From: a virus
Virus record (IMG/VR): IMGVR_UViG_2802429591_000001
Span: 1-50,978 of that record
Strand: one strand, 5' to 3'
DNA length: 50,978 nt
Below the pieces are notes generated by a model, which worked only from the letters and a program-made list of their open reading frames with translations, was not told the DNA's origin and made no database searches. Positions 47,025 to 50,978 of the stretch are shown piece by piece (the stretch's first letter is position 1; the number at the start of each line of letters is the position of its first letter). A program made the translations under genes and the position numbers.

Positions 47025-48152
47025 ATGTTATTATTACCAAGAAAATTAGGATCAGAATTAACATTAGATGATTATAATGCTTGTCAATACATGTTATATG
47101 AAATGAATTGTTGGAAAGATACATGTAATCTTGGAATGATATATGATGGATATTATGCACGTTACAATATGGACATTGAAAACTTTGATAAAAAAATTTA
47201 TACAGATAAATTAGAATTAATCATTGATAAAATAGGATACATGTTAAATAGTAATGCAACAGCAACAAATAGACGGATTTATGTAAAATTATCAGAACAA
47301 TTAACAACACATCGTACTATTCATTATACATTAACATATGCTGTACCATATACTCAAGATGGAGTAGAAATAAGTGCAATTCCATTAGGTGAAGATGTAG
47401 ATGAAAAGGGATATAATAATTTAAATGCACCTAATATACATACATTAAAAGGAACATTAAAAAAAGCAGATAAGACTAAAGACTTAAAAACAGATGAAGA
47501 ACTATTCTATATTGAACTTCCAACAAACAAATTTAAAGAAGGATGTGTAATATATCCTGAAATACAACTAGATTATAAATTCAACGACACGCCAACAATA
47601 GATATTTATAATGGAGAAGCAAACACTAATGATGAAATATTATTAGATAATGTAGATAAATTAGATCGTATGATAACACACACTGATCCATCAGAGGAAA
47701 AAACAATTTATAGATTAGATGCTAATAAAATATATACCTTAAATAAAACAATCACACTACCAGAGGGCACAGATATAGAAATAAGAGGTGGAAGTAATCG
47801 TAAAACAGTACTTAATGGAAGTAAATGTGGACGTTTATTTATAGTTCCTCCTAATACTAGATTAACTTTGCATAATTTAGAATTACATGAATGTGATTGT
47901 AGACAAGTAACACACTATCAAGGAATGGGTGGGGCTATTCTTGTTAAAAGTCGTAAAAAATTTGATGGTACATATGAATTTGGAGTACTAGAAACTAGTG
48001 ATTGTGATTTTAAAGTATGTACGGCAAAGCATGGTGGAGCTATATATGCTTATCATGGTGGTCTCTATGTACATGATTGTAAGTTTTATAAATGCAGTGC
48101 AAATATGAGTGAAGGATATGGTGGAGCAATCAGTTATAGGAGACTTGATTAA
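47025..48152 (+). CDS. Adhesin-like protein with GGAI (Pmp-type) beta-helix repeats
   Basis: GMGGAILV, KHGGAIYA, GYGGAISY, plus CDFKVC/CKFYKC repeats. Confidence 0.7.
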   Translation: MLLLPRKLGSELTLDDYNACQYMLYEMNCWKDTCNLGMIYDGYYARYNMDIENFDKKIYTDKLELIIDKIGYMLNSNATATNRRIYVKLSEQLTTHRTIHYTLTYAVPYTQDGVEISAIPLGEDVDEKGYNNLNAPNIHTLKGTLKKADKTKDLKTDEELFYIELPTNKFKEGCVIYPEIQLDYKFNDTPTIDIYNGEANTNDEILLDNVDKLDRMITHTDPSEEKTIYRLDANKIYTLNKTITLPEGTDIEIRGGSNRKTVLNGSKCGRLFIVPPNTRLTLHNLELHECDCRQVTHYQGMGGAILVKSRKKFDGTYEFGVLETSDCDFKVCTAKHGGAIYAYHGGLYVHDCKFYKCSANMSEGYGGAISYRRLD

Positions 48153-49760
48153 ATGGCTATTGATTGTAAAACAGTAAATATAAGAAAAGGAAGTATTGGA
48201 GAAGATGTAAAAACATTACAAACCTATCTATCAGAAAAAAAATTATATACAGGAAGTATAGATGGAAAATGTGAAAAATACACAGTAAATGCAATAAAAA
48301 ACCTACAAAAAAAATATAAAAACCTTGCAGTAGATGGAGTATTTGGTCCTATAACATGTATAACTTGTGGAATTAATACAGCAACACCAACAAATACACC
48401 TATAGACACGGGTTGGAAATCACCCGCCACTGTATCACAAGATAGTCGATGGGATGTAATTAATCCTAATTTTGGGTGTTATGAATTTAATAATCTTAAA
48501 GCAATCAAGGTAGCAAATACAAGTTCTAGTGCATATATTCCAACAGATGGTGGAGTAAAAAAAGATTATCATGGTCCTGTAGTGTATGTAAATAATTTTG
48601 GATTTAATATACCTAAAGATGCAACAATTAAAGAAGTATATGTACGTACATGTACTAAATGTGGAAATGGATGGAATGAAGGAGTACAAACCAAATTATT
48701 AAAATTAAAAACTACAGCAAGTACTACAGATTTTGGTGTAGGAAAAGATATAAGTATTCATCCTAAATGGCCATTAAGATCATGGAGAGATACAACTGGA
48801 GGAGGAACGCCTGAAAAATGGGGTGTACAACTCACACCTGAACTTGTGAATAGTACTAATTTTGGATTTGTATATCAATGTACTGGAACTCGTGGTGGTG
48901 ATCATGGGTGGATTATGCCTAGAATTGCTTTTCTTCAGATGAGAATAGTTTATGTTAAAAATAATACAAGTACAACTTCATCACCAGTTGTAACACCTGA
49001 TTTTGATTTAGAATTTAGTTTTGAGGATAGTAAAGGAAATCCGCTAGTAGATACGGGGGATGAAAAGAATATTTATATAAGTACAGATCCTAAGGATAAT
49101 AGAGAATTTATTACATTTGTAATTAAGTATATTGAAAAGGATAGTAATAAGAAATATCCAGCAGGGCAAACGCCTATTGTTAATTTAAAATCGAATTCAT
49201 TAAAACTTTCACGTAAAAAAAGTTCTACATATCAAACTAAAACATTAAGTGTAAAAGAAATAAATGCAACTTATGATTCAGATGGAAAAGCAAATAATAG
49301 ACCTGTATATTATTCTCGTGTTATGATTTCTCCTTATATTACACAGGGTGAATGTAGTTTCACTGTGGAATGTGGAAGTGTTAAAAAAACGTTTAAAGTT
49401 CCAGTTGATGTGAATATAGATTCAGATACATTAGATATTTCTGATATAAATTTATTAAATTTCATGATGGATGGAACTCAAAGATGTATTATTCATTCAT
49501 GTAAATTTGAGGAATGTAAAGCATATGCTGGTGCAAGTTATGCTACTGTTAATATGCGTGATGATGTTTATCGGACAAATAATACACATGATTATGCAAG
49601 TAATGAAGCAAGTAAGCCATGTAAATTTAAGGATGATTTTAGTAAGTGTCCTCATCGTAGTAAGGATCTTAAAGCATGTCCATTTACTAAAACAAAATAT
49701 TGTTATGGTGCAGGATATGTGGACTTGTATGCTGAAGTTAATAGATGTAAATTAAATTAA
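48153..49760 (+). CDS. PG_binding_1 domain protein with jelly-roll-like tail domain
   Basis: N-terminal GSIGEDVKTLQTYL...IDG...AIKNLQ...VDGVFGPIT. Then TGWKSP...NNFGFNIPKDATIKEV, a pattern seen in phage tail proteins. Confidence 0.7.
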   Translation: MAIDCKTVNIRKGSIGEDVKTLQTYLSEKKLYTGSIDGKCEKYTVNAIKNLQKKYKNLAVDGVFGPITCITCGINTATPTNTPIDTGWKSPATVSQDSRWDVINPNFGCYEFNNLKAIKVANTSSSAYIPTDGGVKKDYHGPVVYVNNFGFNIPKDATIKEVYVRTCTKCGNGWNEGVQTKLLKLKTTASTTDFGVGKDISIHPKWPLRSWRDTTGGGTPEKWGVQLTPELVNSTNFGFVYQCTGTRGGDHGWIMPRIAFLQMRIVYVKNNTSTTSSPVVTPDFDLEFSFEDSKGNPLVDTGDEKNIYISTDPKDNREFITFVIKYIEKDSNKKYPAGQTPIVNLKSNSLKLSRKKSSTYQTKTLSVKEINATYDSDGKANNRPVYYSRVMISPYITQGECSFTVECGSVKKTFKVPVDVNIDSDTLDISDINLLNFMMDGTQRCIIHSCKFEECKAYAGASYATVNMRDDVYRTNNTHDYASNEASKPCKFKDDFSKCPHRSKDLKACPFTKTKYCYGAGYVDLYAEVNRCKLN

Positions 49761-49785
49761 AAAAAAATAAAAGGGGATTTTAGGG

Positions 49786-50847
49786 TTGTTAGATTGTAAT
49801 AAAATAAATATAAGAAAGGAAAGTAAAGGAAACGATGTTAAGGAATTACAAACGTATCTTACATTCCGAGGGTATTATGATGGAAAAATAGATGGTAGTT
49901 GTGGAGATTATACAGTAAGTGCAATAAAGAAACTACAAAAAGCAGTAGGTGGACTAGTAGTTGATGGAATATTTGGACCTCTTACATGTAAAGTAAGTGG
50001 AATTAATGGACGTGATATAAGTGGTACAAGTCAAACAATAGATCTTGATATTTGGAAGAATATGATGACACGATATGATAATTTCTTTAAACAACATGGA
50101 CAAGAACCAGTTATATGTTACATTAATTATACTACAAAATATGAATATATAACAAATACGAAATATCAAGATATCAAAAAAAGATATGATACATATATTA
50201 AAGAAAATGGAAGAGAACCAAAATTTGTATACATTAATAAAACACAAATAACTCAACCAAATACAACTACAAATAAACCATCAACTAATACAATAATTAC
50301 TTATTTTTCAAGTACTCCACATTATACAAGTCAAGGATGTAACAGGTTAGGACAGTGTACACCATATTATTGTGGTGTTCATTCATTACATCAAGTACTA
50401 CGTAAGTTTGGTATAACAGATTATAGTGAAAGTACACTTGCTGCATGGGCTGGTACAACAACAGCAGGGACAAGTCATGGTGGAATTAATACGGCAATAA
50501 AAAAAGTGAATAGTAAAAAAGGAACTAATATAGAAATAAAATGGTTAAATTTTTCAGATCTTGGTAATACTACTAGTGCAAGATTTAAGGAATTAGGAAG
50601 ACGTATTAATAATAGTAATTGTGATTGTATTGTACATAATCTTTATCGTAACCGGTATGGTCATTATGAAACAATACATAGTATTAACACTAAAACACAG
50701 AATGTTCAAGTACTTAATAGTCTTGGTACACGTACAGGTAGTTCTTATAAGGGATATATTGAAAATAGAAGTTTTAGTACTTTTCAATCATATATCAGTA
50801 ATACCCCTGGTGGTCAGCCTAGTATTGGATTAATTACTAAAAAATAG
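49786..50847 (+). CDS. Endolysin: PG_binding_1, two pseudomurein-binding-like repeats and a C39-like (PeiR-type) endoisopeptidase
   Basis: PG-binding motif. Repeats MMTRYDNFFKQHGQEP..CYI and IKKRYDTYIKENGREP.FVYI. Catalytic Q...YYCG, GHYE and VLNSLG. Confidence 0.8.
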   Translation: MLDCNKINIRKESKGNDVKELQTYLTFRGYYDGKIDGSCGDYTVSAIKKLQKAVGGLVVDGIFGPLTCKVSGINGRDISGTSQTIDLDIWKNMMTRYDNFFKQHGQEPVICYINYTTKYEYITNTKYQDIKKRYDTYIKENGREPKFVYINKTQITQPNTTTNKPSTNTIITYFSSTPHYTSQGCNRLGQCTPYYCGVHSLHQVLRKFGITDYSESTLAAWAGTTTAGTSHGGINTAIKKVNSKKGTNIEIKWLNFSDLGNTTSARFKELGRRINNSNCDCIVHNLYRNRYGHYETIHSINTKTQNVQVLNSLGTRTGSSYKGYIENRSFSTFQSYISNTPGGQPSIGLITKK

Positions 50848-50864
50848 ATAGGATTTGGTTAGTT

Positions 50865-50978
50865 ATGGATTTAAAATTAGATTTTGAAGTATTTATAAAT
50901 AAAATTAGAAATAAATTTAATCGTCCACGTAAGGATGATATTATCGAAGAAGATAGTAATGGGGAATACGTCCAATAA
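50865..50978 (+). CDS. Small 37-aa protein
   Basis: ATG...TAA ending exactly at the window end: MDLKLDFEVFINKIRNKFNRPRKDDIIEEDSNGEYVQ*. Confidence 0.45.
   Translation: MDLKLDFEVFINKIRNKFNRPRKDDIIEEDSNGEYVQ

Noticed and set aside
34439-49760. Diversity-generating retroelement acting on the adhesins
   Set aside because: No reverse transcriptase ORF, and no template/variable repeat pair differing at adenines was noticed by eye. A self dot-plot would be the decisive check.
1-50978. Stop-codon reassignment
   Set aside because: Standard code gives dense, full-length genes, and TAA, TAG and TGA all end genes at sensible boundaries.

Overview
The window is a very AT-rich, near-complete genome of a tailed dsDNA archaeal virus (Caudoviricetes) with a contractile tail. 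It most likely infects a pseudomurein-walled methanogen (Methanobacteriales, e.g. Methanosphaera or Methanobrevibacter). The host call is inferred from a TFB-like gene, a C39 endolysin with pseudomurein-binding-like repeats, methanogen-style adhesin-like proteins and oligo-T terminators. All credible genes are on the + strand. Gene order: replication module (triple AP2-repeat protein, AAA+/SF3-like helicase, iteron-rich putative origin, AEP primase with Zn finger); small accessory genes; nucleotide module (nrdD, two tandem paralogs of unknown function, dcd, tmk); truncated TFB; holin-like pair; terL, portal, MuF, prohead protease, major capsid; neck, sheath, tube, chaperone; spike-like gene; tape measure; baseplate and large adhesins; endolysin. 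No integrase, DNA polymerase B, reverse transcriptase, tRNA or CRISPR array was seen. The window starts on an ATG and ends on a TAA, so it looks trimmed to gene boundaries and the termini are not visible. The most unusual item is a baseplate hub apparently split into two genes around a displaced terminase-small-subunit-like gene, each half carrying a different candidate pseudomurein-degrading domain. Other notable items are a 174-aa Ig-like ORF with no canonical start codon, a shared upstream motif, and block-wise flipping of synonymous codon choice. All family calls are motif recognition by eye; no database search was run.
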